Assembly (NCBI GenBank): GCA_043228905.1
Contig: JBHGNT010000004.1
Span: forward strand, 3,782,001 to 3,846,000
Source of the DNA: Azolla caroliniana
Lineage: Eukaryota; Plantae; Polypodiophyta
Length of the DNA: 64,000 nt
Reading direction: 5' to 3'
How positions within the stretch are numbered: the stretch's first letter is position 1; each line of letters starts with the position of its first letter. A program made the position numbers and the translations under genes. The notes under the pieces are model-generated. The model was not told the DNA's origin. It did no database searches and saw only the letters and a program-made list of their open reading frames with translations. This document shows, in pieces, positions 11,676-26,051 of this stretch.

Positions 11676-12979
11676 CAAGGGTTAGGTAAAGGTGAGTGGT
11701 GTTTGAGGATTGTGGGTAGTGTGGGATGGATGGTCAACTGGAGTGAACCATCAATTATCTCAATATTACGTCATTATTGTGAAGGAGGGGGAAAGAGCTT
11801 GGATTAGTGTTTAGGGTTTAAGGTTGAGGGAAGTTTTTGTGCTTAGGACAACATTTGGTGGGGGTGTAATTTCCAAGGTAGTTATAAGTTCAATGTTTGT
11901 TATTGACATTTTCCACTTGATGTGAGTGACAAGGTTGTATGGTTGGTCACATAGTTTATCCAAGGGTATGATGCATGTTACATTGGCCGTTGTGATGGGG
12001 TGGAGGGGGTGTTATGTTGTGGCTAGAAGCGTGGTCCCTACCAATTATGTTGTTGGTGCCCTTATTGCATGTTTAATGTTAAATTGGTTTTGCCATGGCT
12101 TCTTTTATGGTGTGGGTTGGTTCACATCGGCTCTAGCAAAATACTTGCTTGAGGGATGACCATGTCATTTGTATCATATGGATCGTGTTGTTTGCCCAAC
12201 CAAATTATAGTACATGTAACTAGGATTGACTACTTACTCTTCAATTGCCTAGATTACAACTACTTGCACGTGGAGGACATTCAATGCACCAAACATAGGG
12301 TAATGAGAAAGTATAAAATATGTGTGCAATTTGCAAATGCTATATATAGTCCACTTATACCCATGATGAGCATAAGGTAGCATGCTCTATATATTCAATG
12401 AAAAGTTGTATTTAATGTGTTGCCCTCACAATGATCTCCTTTTCATAATTCTTAATGGAGGCATGTGCCAAAAGCATATAAAAGGCAAAATACTTTGCAA
12501 AGGGGTCTTCTTCCGTGATCAAGAGATATAACGTTGCTACTCTTTATCTCTTTCTCCTTTGTGTTCCATTCTATCATACACGATTTATGGAAGGGGTGGA
12601 GACCACCCACCTCATCTAGTACACCCCTTAAACAATGAAGCGCGTAAGCTATCAAAGCGGTGTTTTGTTTTCAAAGCAATTACACCTAACCACTTTGATC
12701 AACCAAACTAATTCGGGCAACCTAATTAGTTCATTGAAGACACCCAATTATACAACCTATTATCGATTCCTAGCATTACTGTAACCAAATTCGATTGAAT
12801 GTACGCATTAACGATGCAACCAAATGAAATAATGATCACACAAGGCTACTCATACGAGCGACTACAGAGGCGATCAGGCTAGTTTAAGTGACATGGGTCA
12901 AAGCTAAAGGGCGTCCGGATGGGATTGTAAGTGTAGCGTGATGAGAGGGGAATGTAATGGAAACATAGGAAGATTAAAC

Positions 12980-12981
<2 letters not shown>

Positions 12982-13018
<37 letters not shown>
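12982..13018. repeat. (AG)n microsatellite abutting the 5' end of the LINE
   Basis: Perfect AG run. Confidence 0.95.
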
Positions 13019-13020
<2 letters not shown>

Positions 13021-15590
13021 AGAAGGTAGGCTTAATCAAATTGATACCAAAGGTACCATCTTTGGAATCATTTCATCAATGGAGGCCTATTTCATTGATG
13101 GGAGGGTTGTACAAAGTGTTTGCAAAGATATTATCCAACATCTTACCTCAACTTATTCATCCATCTCGATATGGTTTTATTGTAGGTAGAAATATATTGC
13201 ATAATGTTTTGAATGTTCAATTGGCTACCGATTATGCTCAACATACATATCAAGAAATGGTTATCGTGCAATTAGATTTAGAAAAAGCATATGATCATGT
13301 TAATTGGTCTTTCTTCTCGGGTGTGATGTATAATATGGGGTTTGGTCCTCGAATGTGTTGACTTATCTTTTTGCTACGGCAAAATGCAACCTTGCATGTG
13401 ATGCTTAATGGCAGAGTTACTTTGAAAGTGTTTCTTACTAGATCTATGCAGCAAGGATGTCCATTAAGCCCATTGTTATTTGCTATTGTTACACATCCTT
13501 TGTTAGTAATGTTGTCAAATATTGCGGCCAATGGTGACATTGTGGGTTTGCATATTCCTTCTGGTGGACAATTGGTGGAACACGCATTGGCTGATGATTC
13601 TTTTATGTTTTTACAAGCCTCAAAAGAAAATCTTGAAAGGAGTATGCAAGTTTGGGATTAATTTGTTTTAGCTTTAGGGTTATATATAAATTGGAGGAAG
13701 TCTCGCCTTATTTCTTGTACGGAGAGTGATTTGGAATGTTTGGGATGTTGAGGGTCAATGATTACACGATGATCAATTTATCGACATTTGGGTTATCCAT
13801 TGGGTGTTGATGTTGCAAATGTTCAATTGATTGGTTGAATTGGTAGTAAATTGAGTCAAGAACAAATTTATGTATTGGAAGTCTCAATTATTGCCCTTTC
13901 ATGTACGACTTAAAGTGGTGCAATGTATCTTAATACCCATGTTATTATATTGTTTGCCTTTACTACCTTGGACTAAGAAGGCATTACAAAACATGTTACA
14001 ACCTATTCGGTTCATGTTGTGGCGGAAGGGAGAAATGATGGGAGTTACATGGATTTCATGGGACCATTTGGCTACTCATAAAAGGTTAGGTGGTGCAACA
14101 ATATTGGATTTAGAAATGCATTTGATGGCTCGTAGATTTGCATTATTACGAGATATATATCAACAAGATCAACCATGGATATCTATGATGCAATATTTTA
14201 TTGAGCATGAAGGATTGGTGCATGGGAAAACAAACATTCAAGCATCCTGATGGAAATTACTCAATGGAAGTATTCCTCTAAAGATTTTACGTTCTATATG
14301 TGGACAACATTTGGTAAGATCATGACAAGATGCATTATCTCTTTTTGAATGGGGACCATCAAGTGATAGAGAATCTTGTAATTCATTACAAAATGAATTG
14401 CGTGTTTCTTCTCAAGTGTTGTTTTGGCACGAGAAAGAGAAGTTGAGATCTCAATTCAATCGTTATTTCAATTGGGGATTATACATTTGGAAGAGGTGGT
14501 TAATAACATTGAAAACAAATGTTGCACCTTGGGTGGATTGGTGGTTACAAGATGGTACACGCTTGTTACAGGTCACTACTAATATATTGTATCATCATGC
14601 AATGGTGTGATTATCTTGGCTATCTCCTAAAGCAATAAAGTCGTGGAATGTATGTAAATAAGATGCAAGGTGGTGGAAAATATTACAACGTAGTTGGCAT
14701 TAACAATCAACAATGGTTCGGTTTGAACCGAATCGAACTGCGAAACCGCGATTTAGATGGTTTTTTATTTTTTTAAAATTGTTTTTAAAAAAAATGTAAA
14801 AATTGTTTTAAAACAATCTTTTCATTTTTAGACCTTATTCTCACATTTTAGGAACATCTTTAAAAATTTAAAATAATGAAATATTATAAATTAATTTTTT
14901 TTAAAAATTGACCTAAGTTGAAACTGAAACCGAACCACGAAACCATGGTTTAACGGTTTGAAAAATGTTTAACAATTTCGTGGTTGGGTTGGGCTGGGTT
15001 TAGGTTTCAAAAAATTAAAACAGTTCGGTTTGGACCCTCTCAAACCGAACCAAACCGAACTGTTGTCGATTGTTAGTTGGCATTCCCATCTACCATTTCG
15101 TGCAAAGGTATTCATATGGAGAGTCATGATTAGTGGGCTCCCATTAGGTTCCGCCTTAAAAGAGACGAGGACTAGGGTCTGGCACCTGTTTCTTTTGCAC
15201 CGTTCCATTGGACGATAGTACACATAGGTTCATTAAATGTCCTATAGCGTGTACCATTTGGAAGTACTTATTAGACATTTGGCAAGTTTTAAACCGATTG
15301 TTATTTGAGACCTCAACAATGAGTTTTTTCTCAATATATTCAAAATGGTTCAAATGATAAGATGGAGATATCGATTCAATTTTTACATTATTGGGGACTA
15401 TAGCACAATTGGAATATGCGTAATAATGCTTTCATGCTTGATAATAATAGGCATGGGGTGAAAGCCTATACATATAAAGAAGGTGAAAGGTAGATATTCT
15501 CATGTGGAATTTTTGGATGTTAGAGCATGTGGGGATCATTTCCTCCAAATGCCATATTCAGGTTTTTTAATGGCATTACAGGGACGCCCC
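13019..15590 (+). mobile_element. 5'-truncated, decayed L1/Tx1-like LINE ORF2 (RT + zf-RVT)
   Basis: GLIKLIPK..WRPISL, LDLEKAYDHVNW, QGCPLSPLLF, ADD, RHLGYPLG, K.LGG, WRVMISGLPLG. Multiple stops. Interrupted by a MITE. The 3' boundary is approximate. Confidence 0.9.
14701..15075. mobile_element. hAT-type MITE inserted in the LINE
   Basis: TIRs TAACAATC(A/G)ACAA(TG/CA)GTTCGGTTTG. Perfect 8-bp TSD gttggcat (14693-14700, 15076-15083). Removing it restores the LINE frame WWKILQRSWH-SHLPFRAKVFIW. Confidence 0.9.
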
Positions 15591-15864
15591 TCTCCCTACA
15601 TATATATATATATATAGGCATATGCCATATATGATAGATACTAGATAGGTAGAGGAGACTTAAGAAGTCTTGTAACTAAGTGGATTTTTACATACAATTA
15701 AGATAATTGTGTGCTTTTAACCAAAAAGAGAGAGAGTGTGTGTGTGAGAGAGAGAGGCACTAATTCCATGCATGGATTAAACAAACAGAAAAAAAAAACA
15801 TTATTATGTATGTAAATGGAAAAAGGAAGAGTTTTAAGAGAGAAAAAAAAAACAGTAGAAAAGA

Positions 15865-15866
<2 letters not shown>

Positions 15867-15902
<36 letters not shown>

Positions 15903-16020
15903 GAAAAATCAAAGAAAGCAATGCATACAAATTTACTACAAAAAACAGAGGAACGTGAAATCAGGGGAGGCCGACAGAGACAGAGACAGAGAGAGAGAGA
16001 GTAGAGAGAGAGTAGAGAGA

Positions 16021-16057
<37 letters not shown>

Positions 16058-16200
16058 CGTCGATGCACGTATTTCTCCATAGCTGACCAAACCCTTCCTC
16101 TCTCTCTCTCTCTCTCTCTCGCAGAACAGGAGGAAATCTCTCCCACTTCCTTCGTTTCTTTCAATCCCTAACCTTCACCTTCACCCTCTCTCTCTCTCTC
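15867..16200. repeat. (AG)n and (CT)n tracts (GAGA-element-like) upstream of Exo70
   Basis: An AG run at 15867-15899, a compound AG run at ~15988-16022 directly followed by a CT run at 16023-16055, and further CT runs. Confidence 0.85.
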
Positions 16201-16226
16201 ACTGCGTGTCTCAGATTCCTGCTCCC

Positions 16227-19200
16227 ATGGCGGAGCTCGATGCGATGCTGGAGCGATCGCGGCTCCTGCGCCATAGCCTTAGCAAAGGCCAGATGATCAC
16301 GGATAACATGATCGGCATCCTCAGCTCCTTCGATCACCGCCTCTCGGATCTCGAAGCTGCCATACGCCCCACTCAGGTCAGCCTCCTCTTTCTTTTCCAT
16401 CTCATGATCCATATGTATGTATGCCGTGTGCATGCGTATGTGTGCAATGTGTGTATGGCGATGCGAACAATCTGTTTGAATGGGAGTCCAGGAATCAGGT
16501 CTCTGGCATATGCTACTAGAATCCCAACTAGTAGGAAACCTGTTGCACCACAGACAAGAAATAGAAGCCAAACACAGATCGGCATATATGCATGTACCAT
16601 GAATTTATGCTTGCATGTATATATTGAAGAATTTGATCTTCCAAGATCATGTATAGAGAGTCGCCAGGGTTTCAGGTTGCTGCATTATGTTTTGAACCAA
16701 TACTTGAGGCAAGCGAAGGAGACCTACTAGATCATTATAGGAGATCAAGCATGTTTGTCATCAGTTTAATTTAGATGATTCTTTTCCAATACATAAAGGA
16801 ATGCCTCCTGTTTGCTTCATGTTTATGTTATGCAACAGAATTTTCTGAAAGAGAATTGATTCATATTCATATTCATATTAGAAAAGATCGAGTTTTGCCA
16901 TTAGTCTCGTTGCATATCCAATATCCTGGCTTGCTTAGTCTAGTGCTTCGGGTTTGGAAACGGGCTTTAATTCATCAACATGCGCCTCTGATTACGGATG
17001 AGATCAAGAGGCAAACATCTTGTTTGGGCTCTACTGACGTCAGATGTTTTCAGGATCAGACGTAATCGAGTAGCATAATTGTATTGATTGGTATGGATGA
17101 GATGCAGGAGAACGTAAGTACTCAAATTTAAGATGGACTTTCACCAGTTTCATCTATTCTGACTTCATTGTCTAATAGTATGGTATTTTCAAAGGGGGTT
17201 TCCGCCTGGATACTGGAAATTGATCTGTACACCTCCAATGTGTCATTTCTTCTACATGATCCCAGGTTTCTCTGGTGTTTGGTGCACACCATTTTTGGAT
17301 CTTCATTTCAGCCTGTGTGCTTTATTCGAAAGAATCAATTCTCTTGTATATGTTACAAGGGATGAATCTGCTAGCAGTGCCATCAGCGGGTAGCAGACCG
17401 CTGACTTTCACACAAAAATGTGTTTTGGCGTCATACTGGTCCGACAGGAACCTCTGAGATGTGGCTAAAATGTGAGGTTTTGCTTAGACATATTTCTCTT
17501 GGATAAACTGCTCTAGTGATAAGAAAATGACAGATCATTTTTTAGCTCCAACTCTGTGTCATGGTATGATATATATGTTTAAGAAGTCTATCAAATACCT
17601 AGATCTATCAAGTTTTAATATTTTTGTTTATGTTTTTCTCTCTGTGAAGTATCATTAGTGAAATAGTATACCTGCAAATTCATGTGAGAGTGAACTGTAG
17701 ATTGTAAACCTATTGGACAACATACTAAGACCTACAGTTGGAAAATTCTTGAACTGAGTTGTTCTTGAAAATTTAGGAAGACTGCTTTTAGTCCTTTTCC
17801 TTATGATATCATACTCATCTAACAAGTAGGTGATGTATTTAGGTTCATACAAATGCGATAAGGCAGGCACATGAACACATTAACAGTACACTGAAGGTTG
17901 CTGGAAAGATCCTTGCTCAGTTTCATGTTTCAAGGAAGGTAAACCTAGTGTATTATGAATTGGTGGTTGCTTATATTTATTGTTGGGGCAGGAGTTTAGC
18001 AGACAGTTATCTGTTTTTAAATTCGGTTTGGTGATGTTTTCTATTTATGAATATCAGTTAGAATTGAAGATCATGGAAGGCCCTCATGAAGATTTGCGTG
18101 GATACCTTGCTGCTGTAGATGAACTTTATAATAATGTGGAGTTTTTTACACTCAATGGTAGCTTTAAAAGTAGTGGTTCAGCATTGAATCATGTACACGG
18201 TCTGCTTGCTAAGGCAATGGCGAGGCTAGAAGAAGAATTCAAACGTTTATTAGTCACACAAAGGTGCTTTGGATTTGCAATTTGTTGTTTATGTTAATGA
18301 CAGGAAAATAAATTGGAAGATGTATCCATGTTTTATCTGGTCCATTGTAGCAAATCACCAGAGCCTGTTCAACTCGAAGAATGCATACCTGAATTCATCC
18401 TCTCAACCACAACTTCTGTTGGTGAAGGGGTTAAGACAAATGGAACTGTGGTGGCCGAAAATACTTATCATGAAAGGAATGCCTATGCTATCAATTTGCT
18501 CATATCGCCAACTATTGTTCCTATCCTACATGAACTTGCACGACGACTGGTTACATCGGATCATCATCAGCAATGCTGTAAGATCTACAAGTATGTAAAT
18601 GTTAATTGCAAAAAGAAAAATGTCATCGCTGAGATGTGGTCATCATCTGTTTTACTTTTTCTTGCCTCTAGAAAGGAAATCTGTATTTGCTCAATCAAGA
18701 GGACTAGACTTAATAGAATCTGTCACATGAAAGTAGGATCTGAGGATATGAAGGGTTTTGCTGATGTATTTCTAACAAAGGAAATAGGTTTACAATTTTC
18801 GTAGGTTGTTAGGTGGAGATGCCCCCTGCAACTTCCATTTCTATTCTATTTCAGAAGCTGTGATTAGTTAGAATGTCTGATATTGAGAGTTGGCATTGCT
18901 TGATTTATGAGGAAGTGTTGCATTTCTTGTTCCTTAGAGCAATATGTACTGCCAACAATTGAGTTTATATTTTAACATTTTAATGCAGAGACATTAGGGT
19001 ATCTGTACTGGAGAAGACTATTCACAAACTGGGGGTGGATAGACTAGTTAGAGAAGATGTGCAAAAGTTGGAATGGAAACTTTTGGAGGGAAAGATTACT
19101 AATTGGATACTTGCCATGTACAAAACTGTAATGTATTCAGATTTACTCAATCTCCTTGTTAGATGATAGTGATTTTTAGAGTGTTTCTCGTTTGTGCATT

Positions 19201-22200
19201 CCTCACACAGATTTCACCGAAATAATTTTGCAATGTTTGCATCAGATCAATTCTATAGGATGTAATAGTACATCTCACTATCAGTATCACTTGGAATAGA
19301 ATCTTTCTTACTTTATGAATTAATGTAGGTAAAGTTACTGTTCTACGGAGAGCGGAAGCTGGCTGATCAAGTGCTCAATGGCCTGGATCCATATCAGCAA
19401 TCTTGCTTTGCAGACATTACACGTAATACCATGACCACACTCTTGAGTTTTGGGGAATTTATTGCCACGAGCAGAAGGTCACCAGAGAAGCTATTTGATT
19501 TGCTTAAGATGTATGCGACAATGCGAGATCTTTATCCTGAGGTGAACTATAGAGCTCACTAGCCTAGGACGTTTGTAGTAACTCAATGTATCATTTGCAG
19601 GAGGGGTCTGTCGTTTTCTATTCCTCATATTTTAACTTTACCTAATTTTAGAATACCTGAGACTTTCGTTTATGATAATCCTTGCTATGCGTGGCAGATT
19701 CAACTATAGTGCACTAGTAGGGTAACTGGTGGCAAAAACTCTGTGTTTGCATACTGATGTCAATGCTTATGTCATCAGTTATTGCACAAAGAGATAATGA
19801 TTGGTTTTAACATTTTGAATTTTATGCCTGTAATTTTCCACAGGTTGAATATATCTTTGGAGTTAAACCAGCAATGGATATGTGCAATGCATTTTCAAGT
19901 TTAACTCAAAGACTAGCACAGGCAGCAGGTGAAACTTTCAGTGATTTTCCAGGAGACGTTGAAAAGGACAATGGAAAGACCTTTGTTTCAGATGGAAATG
20001 TGCATCAATTGACCACATATGTTGCTAGATATATCAATTCTTTGTTTATGTGAGTATGACTTAGTACCCCCTCCAAAAATACATCTGTAAGATTTTGAAA
20101 TGGAATTTATGGTAAAATTTAATGGCTTGTAGCATGGTTATGGTTCCTTTGTTGGTACCATGTAATAACTTCTGTAGTACACACTTTGTTTTATTCTGTC
20201 TGCATAGTGAAAGACATGTCTCAGCTGAAAACTCCCTCTTTTTGAGAATTCAGATAGTAGTCTGTACATGCTGCATCAGAAAAAGAAAAGTAGAAGGAAT
20301 AGTATCAGAGGGTCAAACAGGAAAAACGTTGATTCATTTTGAATGAAGTTAACTATCATTGTAGAGATGTGAAATATATAAGTCACTAACATTACTACTG
20401 GTGCTCAAAAACTGGCAACAAGCTTGACCCACTTCTGGAGCATGCTCAGTTTCTTTTCTTAAATGTTAAACATTGATTGAACATTATACTGTTACTCGCA
20501 TTTTGTTATCCTTAGTAGTATTCATCTTGTTATGTCTACCAGAATCTTGACATTGAATATTCTATTAACAATTTCACTGGCATAGGCTGGCCTGTATGTT
20601 TAAAATCGTTTCATATCATTCACTCAGTAGGCTGCTCCGTGTCCACTGGAAAGAATTCTTGAAGTATAGATTTCTCAGATATCTTTCACTAGACACTTAA
20701 ATGATGTAGGATACTAATGAAGTGTCAACAAGAGAAATGAACTGGAAGTAATCTCAAAGGATTGTTAATTTCAGTTTGGATTCTGTTCCCAGAAGTGTAC
20801 CTAGCTCTTTTAATTGCATCTGATTATGAGTTGATGACTCATAAAGCAGACAGACATGATTGAAAGTTATCATTTAGTTAATTCATCATTTACAGGTACC
20901 AAACGACATTAGGTCAGATATTTGGCGAAGATGAGACAGTAAAACGTACTGATTCCCAGCTGGCAGCAACCACTGTGAAGGCAATATCAGCTCTTCAGGC
21001 AAATCTAGAGGGAAAATCCAAGCTATATCGGGATCCTGCTCTCTCACATATTTTCCTGATGAACAACATACACTTCATGGTCAAATCTCTACAACAGTGG
21101 AGTGATTTTCCTTTTGCAACCTTGGTTTTGATAGAATATCTATGCTTCATTGACTAATTTATCAGAAAGTTTCCAGATCGGAAGCAAAGGATTTTCTTGG
21201 TGAAGATTGGATTCAACGTCATCGTCGTATTGTGCAGCAGCATGCACAAAATTATAGGCGTGTTGCTTGGTCAAAAGTAAGAAAAATATGAAGTCCGTGT
21301 TTCTTAAAGTGTATTTGTCACATTCCGTAAGTTATAATCAATGGTTTAGATCTACCTGTTTCATGTTAAAAAAATGTGTATCTCAGGTATTGGACAGCCT
21401 GAAAACCCAAGCCTTGACATCTTCTGGTAGTAGCGGGTTTGGGAATGATGGAAGTACTAGCACTGGAGTAGCAAGGAAATTGGTCAAAGAAAGGTTTGCT
21501 CATCTGTTTCTTTGTGAGCGTTAAATATCCAGGTCTTACATTTCATTCTTATGAATGTTAATAGGAGTTATCTCTGGTCTGGGAGTCCTTTAGTGGTAGG
21601 TGGAAGCTACTGGATGACAATGGGTTACAAACATGTGAAGGACTGATTTAGAGATTTTTAGTACTACCAAGTTGTAGTTAACATACCTGAATGTTTCATA
21701 GTTCAGTAAAAGACACTTTGGATAGTAGCTTTTGAGCCCTTACATCTGGAGACATCCATATTGCCCACAGGATTATAACTAGAGAGGCTGATCTAACAAT
21801 TGGTGTATGTGCAATTCAACTCTTGACTTGCAGTGCTCATGGAAGATAAGCCATCTTCATTCTCATTCTTTATGATATTACATTACTTACTCGTCTCTAG
21901 TTAACCATAATTGGATACACATCAACACGTTTAACTGATAATGGCTGTCCTTGAAGTTATCTATTACTCTATTTTCTTTCATTTTAGGGATGCATGGAAG
22001 ATGAGCCATCTTCATTCTCATTCTTTATTTATGATATTACATTGTTTACTGATCTCTAATTAACTATTATTGGAAAAGCATCTACATGTGCCACTGGTAA
22101 TGGATGCTGTCCTTGACGTTATGTATTACTCTATTTGCTTTCATTATTAGGGATGCATTTTTGCAGATTCAAATCCTTCAATGCTCAATTTGATGAATTA

Positions 22201-22531
22201 TACCAGCGGCATTTGGTGTGGTGTGTACCAGATACTGAACTCCGCGAATATGTACGTCTTAGCGTTGCAGAAGTGGTTTTGTCCGCTTATCGCTCTTTCC
22301 TGAAACGTATTGGGTGAGTGTGAATGTTACAAATGATATATCCCCTACTTTTTAGACTTCCAGTTAGTTTTTATCTCTGTACTGATAGTCCTTCTACCAT
22401 GCAGACCAATACTAGAAGGGGGTAAAAATCCTTCTAAATATGTGAAATACTCACCTGAACAATTGGAAGTGATGATTGGAGACTTTTTTGAGAGGAAGAC
22501 CAGAAATGAATCACAAAATAAATTGCTGTGA
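16227..22531 (+). CDS. EXO70A: Exocyst subunit Exo70, A clade, 12 exons (16227-16376, 17843-17938, 18058-18263, 18351-18590, 18989-19127, 19329-19541, 19844-20049, 20896-21096, 21177-21276, 21387-21493, 22167-22313, 22405-22531), 643 aa
   Basis: Motifs ILSSFDHRLSDLEAAIRPTQ, GPHEDL, RLEEEFKRLL, RRSPEKLFDLLKMY, KSKLYRDPAL..FLMNN, W.VPD.ELR, NPSKYVKYSPEQLE. All introns are GT-AG and in frame (1932 nt). An intron-rich structure is typical of Exo70A. Confidence 0.93.
21838..22158. repeat. Diverged ~155-bp tandem duplication in Exo70 intron 10
   Basis: catggaagat(a/g)agccatcttcattctcattcttta...ctgtccttga(a/c)gttat...agggatgcat occurs twice. Confidence 0.8.
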
Positions 22532-24525
22532 TTATCTGGAGAAAATGCTTGTTTTGGACGTAGAGTTCTGTACAGAGAAATTAATATTGTTGTAATTAGT
22601 AGTATGTCTATACATTCATTACAAGTGACCACACAGCCTCAATTGAGATAAACAAGGCTTTATAGGAGCCTATACTGGAATGCAAGGGAAGTTTACAGAC
22701 TTTTGAGAAATAATGAAAAAAGCGGTTTTGGTTCATTTTCTGAAACACCACATCTCATGGAGAAATGGTTTTTGTTATTTAATAAAATGATATAAATAGT
22801 ATTCTAATCCAGATTTAATACGTTTTCAAAACCTTTTCTTTCCTTCACAGATTCTGAATATGCATTTTTCAGTTTTATGACAAATGGATCTAATTCAATC
22901 AGGAGAAACGTAGAATTAATGTTGAAAACAGTAGCTATACAGCTACCTTTTTACCTTTACAGCTTGATGGCTTCATTCTTCCATAGAAAATTTCGTCCCA
23001 CATGTTTCCGTTTACAGTAAAAGAGTATATCAATCACTCAGCCCAAAAGAGTAACATGAAAACTAGCATTTCAATATCGATGTTGGCTGTTTTGAATATT
23101 GCAAGAGATGGAGATAGCCAAGAAAACTATGGAACCTACAATCTTGTAAAATGCCCTGATGGAGTAGGTTTCTGATATCAATGTCTGAAACTTTTAATCT
23201 TGTTTGCACCCTAGACATCCAGAGTATTATACTCGAGACTCCTCTAGAAGGCAATATAGATGGATGGCCCCATGGCAAGATTCGATTTCCAAGGTTTAGA
23301 GATTGAATGTGATGACATGAATAAAAAACAAGCTAAAAAAAGTCAAAGAGTACTGAAATAGCTCTATGCTGAAAATCTATTCAAAGAATGGAGAATGCAT
23401 TTAGACAAGTTAGGATTCAAGACGCGAACGTACATTTTGAATTGCATTGGGAGAAAATGTCTAGGGTAATTGGAAAAAGTGTGAACTAAAGAGTCAAATC
23501 ACGGCTATAAGGGAAATGGATGTCATCTTAACAATCATGATGTCTTATACGCACAAAGACTTGGTATAGGTGTATAAGTAGTGATTTCAAGCATCCAACT
23601 ATTTGGAGGATTGCTTAGATATCCCCAAATAGAGTCATTGCCTTTCCATGGGGATGAATGCAAAGCCTTCACAGTTGGAAGAAACCATGTAGAGATCCTC
23701 CTCACTCAAATCTTAGGATTACAATTGCATGCCGAAATGACTATTTTCCCTCTTATTGACAACAAATGATTGCATGACTCACTTGTTTGGAACACCAACA
23801 AAGTTTTCTTTGCCATGAGTCATGACACATGCCATCCAATTGGAGATGAAGTGCAATTGGAAGTTATGAACACATTGACACTTCTCTTTTGTATGGTAAA
23901 GAAACACATGACAAAAGAAAAATGGTAATCTAATCGTAGGGACATGTGTTGATAATGATGAAATGATAAGAGTAAGTATCCCCCACAATCATCTCTCTAT
24001 GTCACTTGAGTATTTCCCACCGTCCTCTCTATGTCACTTGAAAAATCAACACTTTTCACACACAAGCATTAGTCACACAATGTTGACCACAACTCAAGTA
24101 GGGTCCAACATGAAGCAAACAATACATATCCAAATTCCATGTTGTTGACCTCCATATGTTCCATATCTTCGTGAATTTCAAAAGAGAGGGAATATAAAAT
24201 AAAGACAAACTCCAAGTTGTTGACCTACATGGGGTCCACATGTATTTTCTTGATTTTCAAAAGATAAGAGAAAAATAAAATAATGAATATTCAGGATTCT
24301 TAAAGTAAAAGTTGTGGAGTGTGTTGTCGGAACCTAATCCTTTTGTTTCTATGAGATTATGTCCCATAGAGATTTTCCTAGTATCGCAAGAGAAACAATG
24401 CTAAACTTTGATAAGTTTTAGCTTGATACATATCTACATTAAGATTTTATGGAGAGGAACAAATTGAAATTTAGTGTTTAACTTCTCCACATTAAAAGAC
24501 ACAATTTCCATTTTATTATAATGGT

Positions 24526-24631
24526 CTTAAAGTCATCCCGATGAATGATAAAGACCCCAGTCCCCAACCCATATTGACCTTAAAGTCATCCCGATGAATG
24601 ATAAAGACCCCTGTCCCCAACCCATATTGAC
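24526..24631. repeat. 53-bp near-perfect tandem duplication
   Basis: cttaaagtcatcccgatgaatgataaagaccc(ca/ct)gtccccaacccatattgac x2. Confidence 0.9.
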
Positions 24632-25901
24632 GTGTAACACTACTTTCTTTTTAGAGAGCATGGTTGATGTGCATGTAGTCAAATTCTATGCACACATTTT
24701 TAGAGCATGTTTCTACCATCACAAAATTTTCCCAACTTGATTATTGCAATAAATCATTAACGTGTGCCACATTTGCTTCCGAAGACATTTATATGGTATA
24801 GGGTAAGAAAATCCTAATACTCAAGAAAGCCTAGGTTGGATGTTATATTTTTGCTAGAGTGAAAATTATTGTGAGACAACATGTTAATGTGACTTTAGGA
24901 AAATCTGGACTCAAAGTTAGAACTTAGATGTTAGTGATATACATCTAAAGTAGCTTATTGTTGATGTATATCTAAAGTGACAGATGTAACGAAACGCTTC
25001 TTTTACGAGCTATCATCAGGAAAACATTGACACTATTTGGAATTGGGGTGTGGAGCAATGGCCTTTTCTTTAAAAGCTTCTCTAAAGCCAATATTTTATT
25101 ATTATTATTATTGGTCGAGAGAGAATGATTCTAGAATATTCCAAAGGCATATTTCCTTTATTTTTTTATTATTATTATCATTGAGACATGTAAAATATTT
25201 TATAATATTCCAAATCTTTCAAATGTGCAACGCTAGAATACAAAGGCTTCTCGATAAGAAAAAACCTTTTGAATGTATTTGTGAGAGTGTAGTAACTCTT
25301 ACAATTCTAATTTCTCATAAGCTTCACATCGGTAAATGACGTTACTACGTAGTTGCACTAAATAATCTATTTTGTCCTTCGTTGCCACGTTGAATCAAAT
25401 GAAATCTATATGCATGTATTTTACCTATTGATGAATTAAAAAGCCTCCGTGCAATGTCACCTATCATTTGCAAGAAGACATGGATGAAAGAGTGTCATCT
25501 TTAAAGTCATGGGATTATGACCTCAAGATTGTACATGCACACGCACATGCACACGCACACATATAACCCTTTTTAAAAAGGCGGATCAACTCACACCTTT
25601 ATTGAGGGCTCAAATCACCTTGAAACTATGCGAATTCCCTTTTTTGTTATGATCAAAATATTTGGTGTCCCCATATTCATCAACCGACTTGGCTGTGACA
25701 AGCCTATGTTGGGTATTTTTTAGAGTATTATTTTATGAACACATTTGATAATTAATTGTCATATATGATGTAAAATTGCGTATGTTGAACAATGAGCCTT
25801 GTAATCTCATGCGAATGATGTAAATACATTGTCAAGGAAAAGGAAAGAAATTAACATCCCTTTATATTTCACACACACACACACACACACACGTAGTTTG
25901 A

Positions 25902-26051
25902 CTTACAATTTAGAACCTCTTGTTTAGATTTCAGAGATAATTTCGTACGTCAGTAGGCTATTTGTACTCAATTCATCTTACAATTTAGAACCTCTTGTTT
26001 AGCTTTCAGAGATAATTTCGTACGTCAGCAGGCTATTCGTACTCAATTCAT
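25902..26051. repeat. 75-bp tandem duplication
   Basis: cttacaatttagaacctcttgtttag...tactcaattcat x2. Confidence 0.9.

Noticed and set aside
15698-16164. ER/SL-repeat ORFs (also 508-893 and 57057-57763)
   Set aside because: They are translations of microsatellites and low-complexity UTR tracts. Only 644-799 of the first group is a real exon.
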